47,100 nt of DNA from Nemertoderma westbladi. Taxonomy: Eukaryota; Animalia; Xenacoelomorpha. Below the pieces are notes generated by a model. The model did no database searches. It was given only the letters and a program-made list of their open reading frames with translations, and had not been told where the DNA came from. This document shows, in pieces, positions 24,401 through 36,400 of the stretch (positions within the stretch are counted from its first letter, which is position 1; every line of letters begins with the position of its first letter). Location of the stretch: NCBI GenBank assembly GCA_032718475.1, contig JAUCBJ010006282.1, positions 1 to 47,100 on the forward strand, given 5' to 3'. The position numbers and the translations under genes were made by a program.

Positions 24401-27400
24401 TAATTATGTTAACACGTAAACATGTCAGGTTAGGAAATAAATATCAGCCCAATTTAGATTCTTAACCTTGTCTAAAGTTACAGAAAGGCCACGCTAATAA
24501 AATAAACACAATTTAACTAACTTTGGTGCATATTTTGTAACTAATGGTATAATTAAAGGCGTTTGAAATCGAAACACTAAACTTGAATGCCGTCTCCATA
24601 GCAACAGGATCTAAACATCAGACAAAAAAGATTGTCATTATTTCGTAAATGAACTATATTGACTTTGTAGAAGATTTCAATCCATTATGACATGCTGTTT
24701 TGCAGTTGCTATGCTTTAAATGAGAATTACGTGGTCCTTAGCAACTAGGTCGTTATTTCAAAATGCCCAAAGACAAAAATTTTAAAAACGCCATTTCCTC
24801 ATTAAGTGGGACCTATAGAACTCAAAACATCAAAAAAATTGAATCCGTCCAAAAATTTTCGGTATACCATTGTGGCTGCCGGACTAATTATTTTGTTACT
24901 ACAGTATTTCTAAAAGATGTTAGAACACAAGATAGTTGTTCTAGAACAATTGTTATTTTTTTAAATTAACTAACATGTTCTAGAACGTGTCTATAAAAGG
25001 AAATCACTAAATGGTGGAATCCAGGGGTCGATCTCCCTCAAAACTCTTTTTGTTTTGAGGGAGATAGACCCCTGGCTTCCACCATTTAGTGATTTTTTTT
25101 ATGGACTTGAGAATGGGCCTAGGAACTCGAAATCGATCGTAATAAACACATTCTTTTATAAGATTAGAGGGAATTTAGACCCCAACCTGCCTGCCTGTAG
25201 AGAGGAGAGATAATTAATAATGTATGTTTCAGATAATTCCCTGAATTTTATGAAACCTGAAACTAAACAATTGCCCTAGTTTCACAATTGCCCCTGGGCA
25301 ATACACATCATGTAACTGCCTCCACCGCTAAACAACCAACAAGAAATTAACTATTTAAGTGGTGGTAAAAATAATAGACTTTTTTGTCGAGCGTTACTAT
25401 TGGGCGTAGCGAGACAAATAAGAAAGCAAGACAAAAATCTTACTTTTTGCCTCCACTTACAGTATGTCGTTTTATTTGTTGTAAGTCTTCTCACTTTTAT
25501 CTGGGCCTATTTCAGCATAACTATCGAAGCTTCTTCCATAGTGAAATACGGGCATTACTACACCTTGGGTACCCAGAGTTTGATAAATTTTTTTCATATG
25601 ACAAATGCTATTATCATGAGGTTTTTTCTAGAAAAAATATTTGACCTTCTGACAGTAGGATGGTATTTTTCTCCTAAAAAATATTTATCATAGTTTATAA
25701 CTAACACGTGTTCTATATAATTTGTAAAAAAAATATAGAAAAAACTAGCTGTTATAAAAAATTAAAAAAGTGTCCTAGAACCAACAAAGTGTGTTCTGGA
25801 ACAAAAAAATGTGTTCTAGAACAAAAATATTTATCAAAATTGATAGCTAACACGTGATCGTGATCGTGATCAGCTTAACGTGATCTACTGGGGTAACATC
25901 ATTATTTGAATAGCACACAATCAGAACTACCAGATTCCTCAATTATGACAGCTCTGTTGAATCTAGAACAAGTCGCCAACCGCCCCACATGTCCTTAATC
26001 ATAACCACAACACGTCGACAGTCCGCTCAATCCGCAATTGGAGGTCTTGAACACTCACCCAACAAAGGCGAATCTTATCTGCCAGAGCAGTCAGCTCGCA
26101 TTGGGGACCCGACCCATGTCCCATAAGAAAATATACTTATTGCATCCTTATTGCATCCTAAAAGGCTATAACTTATTGCATCCTTACTTTGAGCCGACAG
26201 GCTTATCATATTAGAATGACTATCATGTCATGTCAACTGCATTGTTTATTATTAAATATTTGTTATTCATGTAATAATAATATGATTTAATTAATGTCGA
26301 CATTGCTGTTATCAACGCTGACGCCACCTCTTACGCCCAGACCTACCGCTTGACAGATTCGCTGCTTGAGGCGCGTTGCCGCTTCAAGAAGAATCACTAC
26401 CGGTCTATCTGCGAGGAACGGAGGATGGATTTCACCCCACTGGTCGGTACAACCGATGGTGTTTGGTGCCTCGAGACCCAGATCCTGCTCCGCCATCTCG
26501 CCGAGTCCCTAGTGGTAATGCGGGACGGAATGCGAGAGAGGGGTCTCGCTTGTGTACTGGGTGGTATTCGCCGGAGGCTTCTGTTTGCGCTCCTTCGATC
26601 CAGCTCGCTCTGCCTGCGCGGCGGTCGACGACCATGGCGTGGATTGGGTTTCGGCGACGGCGCGGGCCTGCGCGGCATCAACCTTGCAGGGAGCTTTTAA
26701 GCAGGATTGAGTCGCCTTCGTTGGGATTCTCCATCTCCATCCATTCTTCCTTCAACTATAACTTTCTTAAATTTAATTAGAATCAATAGTAATTACCGGT
26801 ATCATCTACCTTGTCCGTACTCTTACTTCATCAATGTTTGATATTATTATATTATACTTTTATGAATAGCTACTGAACATGCTAGATATCAATTAAGAAA
26901 ACTATTAATGTTCATAATATGATTTAATAATGTAATATCCTCTGTAGGGAACTATCATTAGCAGTTTTAATAATCATTTACAATCATATGAAGACAGAAT
27001 TGTATAAGAAGTAGCCCATTCATATAATAAATATGTAATTTTATGTAACTTACTACTATGTCCACGCCGTCCCCAACTGCGCACCATGAAATATAAATGT
27101 TTTATCTCATTGAGTCACAAGTTGAGATATTTAATTAATTTTTGTAATGACGTTGGCAATTGTTGAATCTCATCTTTCCTCTGTAAGGTGATGGTAACGC
27201 TTCCCATAGTCTATGATTCGTAGACAATGTCTGGTATTGGAGGGTTTTCAATGAGATCGCAAAATCCATCTTTCCTCTGTAAGGTGATGGTAACGCTTCC
27301 CATAGTCTATGATTCGTAGACAATGTCTGGTATTGGAGGGTTTTCAATGAGATCGCAAAATCCACCAGAGTTGTTATAGAATCGACAGTGTCTTATTTTT

Positions 27401-30400
27401 TTATTTTACGTTGTTAATTGTATATTTAAATCGATTATATTTACAATTTTCCTAACAGAGTATACCACTTGTGGTACCAATGGGTCCCCTTCTATTTTTG
27501 GCTCGCGGCATGTGCTTTCTATCTTCCCTATCTGATATTTAAAACTTTCCTTGGAGAGCTTAAGAGAGTCTGCGATGTTCTACATCATTGTATAGAAGAT
27601 GAAGACACTCAAGAAAAAACTACCAACAAGGTGACCAAATATTTATATCTATTTCCATTTATTAAAACCAGATTTACTCAATATTCCGTGGTGAACTCTT
27701 ACTAGGGGCGCAGTGTGACCAAATATTTTTTTCAGAGGGTAGCTATTACATTAAACAAACAGGGTAGCCATTAACATTAAATAAGCAGGGTGGCCATTAA
27801 CATTAAACAAACAGGGTGGCCATTAACATTAAACAAACAGGGTGGCCATTAACATTAAACAAACAGGGTGGCCATTAACATTAAACAAACAGGGTGGCCA
27901 TTAACATTAAACAAACAGGGTGGCCATTAACATTAAACTAACAGGGTGGCCATTAACATTAAACAAACAGGGTGGCCATTAACATTAACCAAACAGGGTG
28001 GCCATTAACATTAAACAAACAGGGTGGCCATTAACATTAAACAAACAGGGTGGCCATTAACATTAAACAAACAGGGTTGCCATTAACATTAAACAAACAG
28101 GGTGGCCATTAACATTAAACAAACAGGGTGGCCATTAACATTAAACAAACAGGGTGGCCATTAACATTAAACAAACAGGGTGGCCATTAACATTAACCAA
28201 ACAGGGTGGCCATTAACATTAAACAAACAGGGTGGCCATTAACATTAAACAAACAGGGTGGTCATTAACATTAAACAAACAGGGTTGCCATTAACATTAA
28301 ACAAACAGGGTGGCCATTAACATTAAACAAACAGGGTGGCCATTAACATTAAACAAACAGGGTGGCCATTAACATTAAACAAACAGGGTTGCCATTAACA
28401 TTAAACAAACAGGGTGGCCATTAACATTAAACAAACAGGGTGGCCATTAACATTAAACAAACAGGGTGGCCATTAACATTAAACAAACAGGGTGGCCATT
28501 AACATTAAACAAACAGGGTGGCCATTAACATTAAACAAACAGGGTGGCCATTAACATTAAACAAACAGGGTGGCCATTAACATTAAACAAACAGGGTGGC
28601 CATTAACATTAAACAAACAGGGTGGCCATTAACATTAACCAAACAGGGTGGCCATTAACATTAAACAAACAGGGTGGCCATTAACATTAAACAAACAGGG
28701 TGGTCATTAACATTAAACAAACAGGGTTGCCATTAACATTAAACAAACAGGGTGGCCATTAATATTAAACAAACAGGGTGGCCATTAACATTAAACAAAC
28801 AGGGTGGCCATTAACATTAAACAAACAGGGTGGCCATTAACATTAAACAAACAGGGTGGCCATTAACATTATACAAACAGGGTAGCCATAAACATTAAAC
28901 AAACAGGGTGGCCATTAACATTAAACAAACAGGGTGGCCATTAACATTAAACAAACAGGGTGGCTATTAACATTAAACAAACAGGGTGGCCATTAACATT
29001 ATACAAACAGGGTAGCCATAAATATTAAACAAACAGGGTAGCCATAAACATTAAACAAACAGGGTGGCCATTAACATTAAACAAACAGGATGGCCAGTAA
29101 TATTAAACAAACAGGGTAGCCATAAACATTAAACATACAGGGTAGCCATAAACATTAAACAAACAAGGTGGCCGTAAACGTTAAACAAACAGGGTAGCCA
29201 TTAACATTAAACAAACAGGGTGGCCAGTAATATTAAACAAACTGGGTGGCCATTAACATTTATCAAACAGGGTGGCCATTAACATTATACAAACAGGGTA
29301 GCCATAAATATTAAACAAACAGGGTAGCCATAAACATTAAACAAACAGGGTGGCCATTAACATTAAACAAACAGGATGGCCAGTAATATTAAACAAACAG
29401 GGTAGCCATAAACATTAAACAAACAAGGTGGCCGTAAACATTAAACAAACAGGGTAGCCATTAACATTAAACAAACAGGGTGGCCATTAACATTAAACAA
29501 ACAGGGTGGCCATTAACATTAAACAAACAGGGTGGCCATTAACATTAAACAAACAGGGTGGCCATTAACATTAAACAAACAGGGTGGCTATTAACATTAA
29601 ACAAACAGGGTGGACATTAACATTATACAAACAGGGTAGCCATAAATATTAAACAAACAGGGTAGCCATAAACATTAAACAAACAGGGTGGCCATTAACA
29701 TTAAACAAACAGGATGGCCAGTAATATTAAACAAACAGGGTAGCCATAAACATTAAACATACAGGGTAGCCATAAACATTAAACAAACAAGGTGGCCGTA
29801 AACGTTATACAAACAGGGTAGCCATAAACATTAAACAAACAGGGTGGCCATTAACATTAAACAAACAGGGTGGCCATTAACATTAAACAAACAGGGTGGC
29901 TATTAACATTAAACAAACAGGGTGGCCATTAACATTATACAAACAGGGTAGCCATAAATATTAAACAAACAGGGTAGCCATAAACATTAAACAAACAGGG
30001 TTGCCATTAACATTAAACAAACAGGATGGCCAGTAATATTAAACAAACAGGGTAGCCATAAACATTAAACATACAGGGTAGCCATAAACATTAAACAAAC
30101 AAGGTGGCCGTAAACGTTAAACAAACAGGGTAGCCATTAACATTAAACAAACAGGGTGGCCAGTAACATTAAACAAACTGGGTGGCCATTAACATTTATC
30201 AAACAGGGTGGCCATTAACATTAAACAAACAGGGTAGCCGTAAACATTAAACAAACAGGGTAGCCATAAACATTAAACAAACAAGGTGGCCGTAAATATT
30301 AAACAAACAGGGTGGCCGTAAACATTAAACAAACAGGGTGGCCATTAACATTAAACAAACAGGGTAGCCGTAAACATTAAACAAACAGGGTAGCCATTAA

Positions 30401-33400
30401 CATTAAATAAGCAGGGTGGCCATTAACATTAAACAAACAGGGTGGCCATTAACATTAAACAAACAGGGTGGCCATTAACATTAAACAAACAGGGTGGCCA
30501 TTAACATTAAACAAACAGGGTGGCCATTAACATTAAACAAACAGGGTGGCCATTAACATTAAACAAACAGGGTGGCCATTAACATTAAACAAACAGGGTG
30601 GCCATTAACATTAACCAAACAGGGTGGCCATTAACATTAAACAAACAGGGTGGCCATTAACATTTAACAAACAGGGTGGCCATTAACATTAAACAAACAG
30701 GGTTGCCATTAACATTAAACAAACAGGGTGGCCATTAACATTAAGGGGGAGGACACCCCAGACTAATAAATATTTGCCATTCTAGAGTATATAAGCTGTC
30801 ATTTTAGAACCATATGTCCGATTAATTTACTTTTTTCACCATATTGTAGCCAAAAGGTGTATAAATCTCGGAAAAAATTTTGAAACGAAAAAAAATATTT
30901 TTTTCATATTTTTTTCCATTTTTGCACTTTTTTTCACCCAAAATAATGCGAATTTTTATAAATGCATCTACTTTTTTGTTTTTCAATATTTTCAAAAAAT
31001 TTTTTTTTTATTTTGATCAATATCGGGTGGACAATAATCTGAGCAGACAAAATTTTGATATTGTTAGTGGTTATCAATTTATGTCATCATTAGTAATAAT
31101 TACCAGATATTTTCAATATATTTCAAAATTTTGACACAAAAAATCGAAAAAAAAATTTTCTATATGTTTTTACAAAATTTTGTCTGTTCAGATTTTACAG
31201 TTATGCAAGGGCTACAATATAGTGAAAACAGAATCAAAATCGGCTGAGCAGTTCAAAAGTAGATAGACAAAATGTGCAAAATTATTTCATTTTGAGAAAA
31301 ATGCATTTGAAAGTGAAACATACTTAAATAGGGCCTACAGTATATTATATACTGTATAAGTTACAAAAAAATTATTCTGGTGTATATTTCATGTGTTATA
31401 TTATTTACTATTAATTAGGACATGACGAATCTAACTGAACAAGTTTCAACAGTCTGTTATAAAGCAAATATATAGATTTATGGGGACTTCGTAGTAACAA
31501 ACTGAAATAAATTTCTAAAACCCTCCAGGTTTGTAAGCGGAATCGTTGTTTTCCGGGCGGAATTTCTTTGATTTGCGTTTGAGGAGGCTTCGTGAAGTTC
31601 TCTTGCGGTCTCTCACCTTGCACCCTGTCGCCATCTTCACCCCAGGCCCCAGGCCCAACTTCATATACAGTATCTGAGCTGCAGATGAACCCCTGTTGTG
31701 CACAAGTGCAGTATAATATGCATGGAATTCCAATGTTGTTCTTCCCTGGAACTTATCCTTCCCACATTTGTTCCAAAGTCGACCATGAATAGATTCGTTT
31801 TGGTTCTGTGTGAGACCAGGAAGGCAACGCTTCAATAGATTCCGATCTGTAAGTCTATTGTATACGGGCATAATGTGGGCATGCCACTCCGGCTTGATGA
31901 AGGATTTGTCCTTGTAGGTTGGGTCTTTCTGGATCGCTTTGCACCACCGCATTGGACAATCCTCATGTTTTCTTTCCCGCTGAGATTCTGGGTAATTCGT
32001 GTAATGAAATACAGTAGCTTTCACCTCGCGTATTATGGTGTCAATGAGGTTCTCCAGTTCGTCTGGGTCTATTGTTCGGTAGTCTACAGAAGAGACATGG
32101 TGAACAACAGTGTTCCGGTAATAACTGGCTAGTTGTCTGATCCGTGGCTGAGAGAGCCCATTGACACCACCGATCCTTTTTTCTTTACGGACTGATTCAA
32201 GGCCATTGGTTACTCGTTTAGCGATATGGTTAATACACTCATATTTCTTTACTGGGTGCTCGATGCCATATGGAGGGTTCTCTCGGAGCTCTTTGAAAAC
32301 AGAACTGTCTCCATCGCTTAGCAGCTCTGTATATCGCAACCTGTTCCTTTCAATGGATCTTGCCCAAAGTTGCTTCGCAGCAAAAGTTTCCATGGCATTG
32401 CTACTGCCACGGAAATTTATGTCACAATTATGTTGCGGTACGTGTATAGTACAAAGTTTAGAATAATGGAGGCAAATATAACATGATTTGCTGACAACAA
32501 AAATATCTAGAACTGCGCCGGTATCAGCAGACATCACATAGGCCACACAGTAAAGGGACATATGCCCACGTTTCTGCCAAGTGGCATCAAAAGTAACAGA
32601 TACATTATATATTGACTCACTATTACCAGAGATAGGGTTACCTGTATCTGCCCCATGCTTATTACGCAGCTTCTGAGCTTCATTGTAACAATTACCAATC
32701 GCCAGGTTTCTAACAGCATCAGTAATTCGCCTAAGAGTAACTCTCCAGCGACTATGATTGACAGGATTTGGCATTTCCATCGCCTCCGAAAATCTTCGAG
32801 CAGTGTCATGTGTTCCCCCAATCATAAGAAACGCTAATATAGTACGAGTGTTTATACGGCGCTTTGACTCATTAGGATGATTGCTTATATCATTGACTAC
32901 ATTTTCGAATTTGTAAATATATTCACATGTCTCACATTCAAGAAATATATTGAAATAATATCCGTTTTGGAGATTTGGAGTAAACTTCAGAACACCGCCG
33001 CAGTGATGTCGATGAATGTCGGACATACAATCCTTCATGGTTGAATATTCGACAAACTGGAATCCTTCACTTCCAATCAGAGGACCCGTAAATGCATCCC
33101 CAATCACTCCAAGACGATCAGTCGTGTGGGAACTCTGATTCGCTTCGGGAATCAGATCTGACTCCTCAACTGGTAGATTAACAACGATTTCCTGTTTTCT
33201 AGTCCCTGCAAAAGTCCCCTTCCGCCCACCCAGTTTTGGCATTCTTGTTGACAATATTACGCTATTTATATTGCAAAAATATATACGAATAAAGGTAGAA
33301 GTGGATAGGTTACATTACAGTTTACCGTGTAGGTAACCGTTTACATGAATTACAGCAGTACGAGTTAATCAAACGGGTTTAACTAGGCCTACTATAAATA

Positions 33401-36400
33401 TACACTGTAAACCTATACATATTAATTTCAAATTTCCCTCCAAAATGTTAAATTGATTGGAGATCGCAATACTGTATTTCTTTGAGTGCAGCATTGAATT
33501 TATTTGTCCAAAACGGAAAAAATGTCGATTTTTTGATAATTTTCGTAACTGACAGCACATTTTTGAACTTCTGTAATTCAAAAACTAGAAGAGATATTAA
33601 AATACCGATTTCAAATTTGAAATCGCCGTTAATTTCTGTACAAAAAAACGCAATAATGTTATTTTTGATAAAAAAAAATATTTGGGGTGTCCTCCCCCCT
33701 TAAACAAACAGGGTGGCCATTAACATTAAACAAACAGGGTGGCCATTAACATTAACCAAACAGGGTGGCCATTAACATTAAACAAACAGGGTGGCCATTA
33801 ACATTAAACAAACAGGGTGGTCATTAACATTAAACAAACAGGGTTGCCATTGACATTAAACAAACAGGGTGGCCATTAATATTAAACAAACAGGGTGGCC
33901 ATTAACATTAAACAAACAGGGTGGCCATTAACATTAAACAAACAGGGTGGCCATTAACATTAAACAAACAGGGTGGCCATTAACATTAAACAAACAGGGT
34001 GGCCATTAACATTATACAAACAGGGTAGCCATAAACATTAAACAAACAGGGTGGCCATTAACATTAAACAAACAGGGTGGCCATTAACATTAAACAAACA
34101 GGGTGGCTATTAACATTAAACAAACAGGGTTGCCATTAACATTATACAAACAGGGTAGCCATAAATATTAAACAAACAGGGTAGCCATAAACATTAAACA
34201 AACAGGGTGGCCATTAACATTAAACAAACAGGATGGCCAGTAATATTAAACAAACAGGGTAGCCATAAACATTAAACAAACAAGGTGGCCGTAAACATTA
34301 AACAAACAGGGTGGCCATTAACATTAAACAAACAGGATGGCCAGTAATATTAAACAAACAGGGTAGCCATAAACATTAAACAAACAAGGTGGCCGTAAAC
34401 ATTAAACAAACAGGGTAGCCATTAACATTAAACAAACAGGGTGGCCATTAACATTAAACAAACAGGGTGGCCATTAACATTAAACAAACAGGGTGGCCAT
34501 TAACATTAAACAAACAGGGTGGCCATTAACATTAAACAAACAGGGTGGCCATTAACATTAAACAAACAGGGTGGCCATTAACATTAAACAAACAGGGTGG
34601 CCATTAACATTAAACAAACAGGGTGGCCATTAACATTAAACAAACAGGGTGGCCATTAACATTAAACAAACAGGGTGGCCATTAACATTAACCAAACAGG
34701 GTGGCCATTAACATTAAACAAACAGGGTGGCCATTAACATTAAACAAACAGGGTGGTCATTAACATTAAACAAACAGGGTTGCCATTAACATTAAACAAA
34801 CAGGGTGGCCATTAATATTAAACAAACAGGGTGGCCATTAACATTAAACAAACAGGGTGGCCATTAACATTAAACAAACAGGGTGGCCATGAACATTAAA
34901 CAAACAGGGTGGCCATTAACATTATACAAACAGGGTAGCCATAAACATTAAACAAACAGGGTGGCCATTAACATTAAACAAACAGGGTGGCCATTAACAT
35001 TAAACAAACAGGATGGCTATTAACATTAAACAAACAGGGTGGCCATTAACATTATACAAACAGGGTAGCCATAAATATTAAACAAACAGGGTAGCCATAA
35101 ACATTAAACAAACAGGGTGGCCATTAACATTAAACAAACAGGATGGCCAGTAATATTAAACAAACAGGGTAGCCATAAACATTAAACATACAGGGTAGCC
35201 ATAAACATTAAACAAACAAGGTGGCCGTAAACGTTAAACAAACAGGGTAGCCATTAACATTAAACAAACAGGGTGGCCAGTAATATTAAACAAACTGGGT
35301 GGCCATTAACATTTATCAAACAGGGTGGCCATTAACATTATACAAACAGGGTAGCCATAAATATTAAACAAACAGGGTAGCCATAAACATTAAACAAACA
35401 GGGTGGCCATTAACATTAAACAAACAGGATGGCCAGTAATATTAAACAAACAGGGTAGCCATAAACATTAAACAAACAAGGTGGCCGTAAACATTAAACA
35501 AACAGGGTAGCCATTAACATTAAACAAACAGGGTGGCCATTAACATTAAACAAACAGGGTGGCCATTAACATTAAACAAACAGGGTGGCCATTAACATTA
35601 AACAAACAGGGTGGCCATTAACATTAAACAAACAGGGTGGCCATTAACATTAAACAAACAGGGTGGCCATTAACATTATACAAACAGGGTAGCCATAAAC
35701 ATTAAACAAACAGGGTGGCCATTAACATTAAACAAACAGGGTGGCCATTAACATTAAACAAACAGGGTGGCTATAAACATTAAACAAACAGGGTGGCCAT
35801 TAACATTATACAAACAGGGTAGCCATAAATATTAAACAAACAGGGTAGCCATAAACATTAAACAAACAGGGTGGCCATTAACATTAAACAAACAGGATGG
35901 CCAGTAATATTAAACAAACAGGGTAGCCATAAACATTAAACATACAGGGTAGCCATAAACATTAAACAAACAAGGTGGCCGTAAACGTTATACAAACAGG
36001 GTAGCCATAAACATTAAACAAACAGGGTGGCCATTAACATTAAACAAACAGGGTGGCCATTAACATTAAACAAACAGGGTGGCTATTAACATTAAACAAA
36101 CAGGGTGGCCATTAACATTATACAAACAGGGTAGCCATAAATATTAAACAAACAGGGTAGCCATAAACATTAAACAAACAGGGTTGCCATTAACATTAAA
36201 CAAACAGGATGGCCAGTAATATTAAACAAACAGGGTAGCCATAAACATTAAACATACAGGGTAGCCATAAACATTAAACAAACAAGGTGGCCGTAAACGT
36301 TAAACAAACAGGGTAGCCATTAACATTAAACAAACAGGGTGGCCAGTAATATTAAACAAACTGGGTGGCCATTAACATTTATCAAACAGGGTGGCCATTA

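Noticed and set aside
33243-33254. TTG start giving a 579-aa transposase
   Set aside because: Eukaryotic context; an in-frame ATG lies four codons downstream at 33242.
30741-33703. piggyBac (TTAA TSD) or MuDR assignment for the transposon
   Set aside because: Termini are GG..CC rather than CC..GG and the motifs are not piggyBac-like; MuDR typically makes ~9-bp TSDs.
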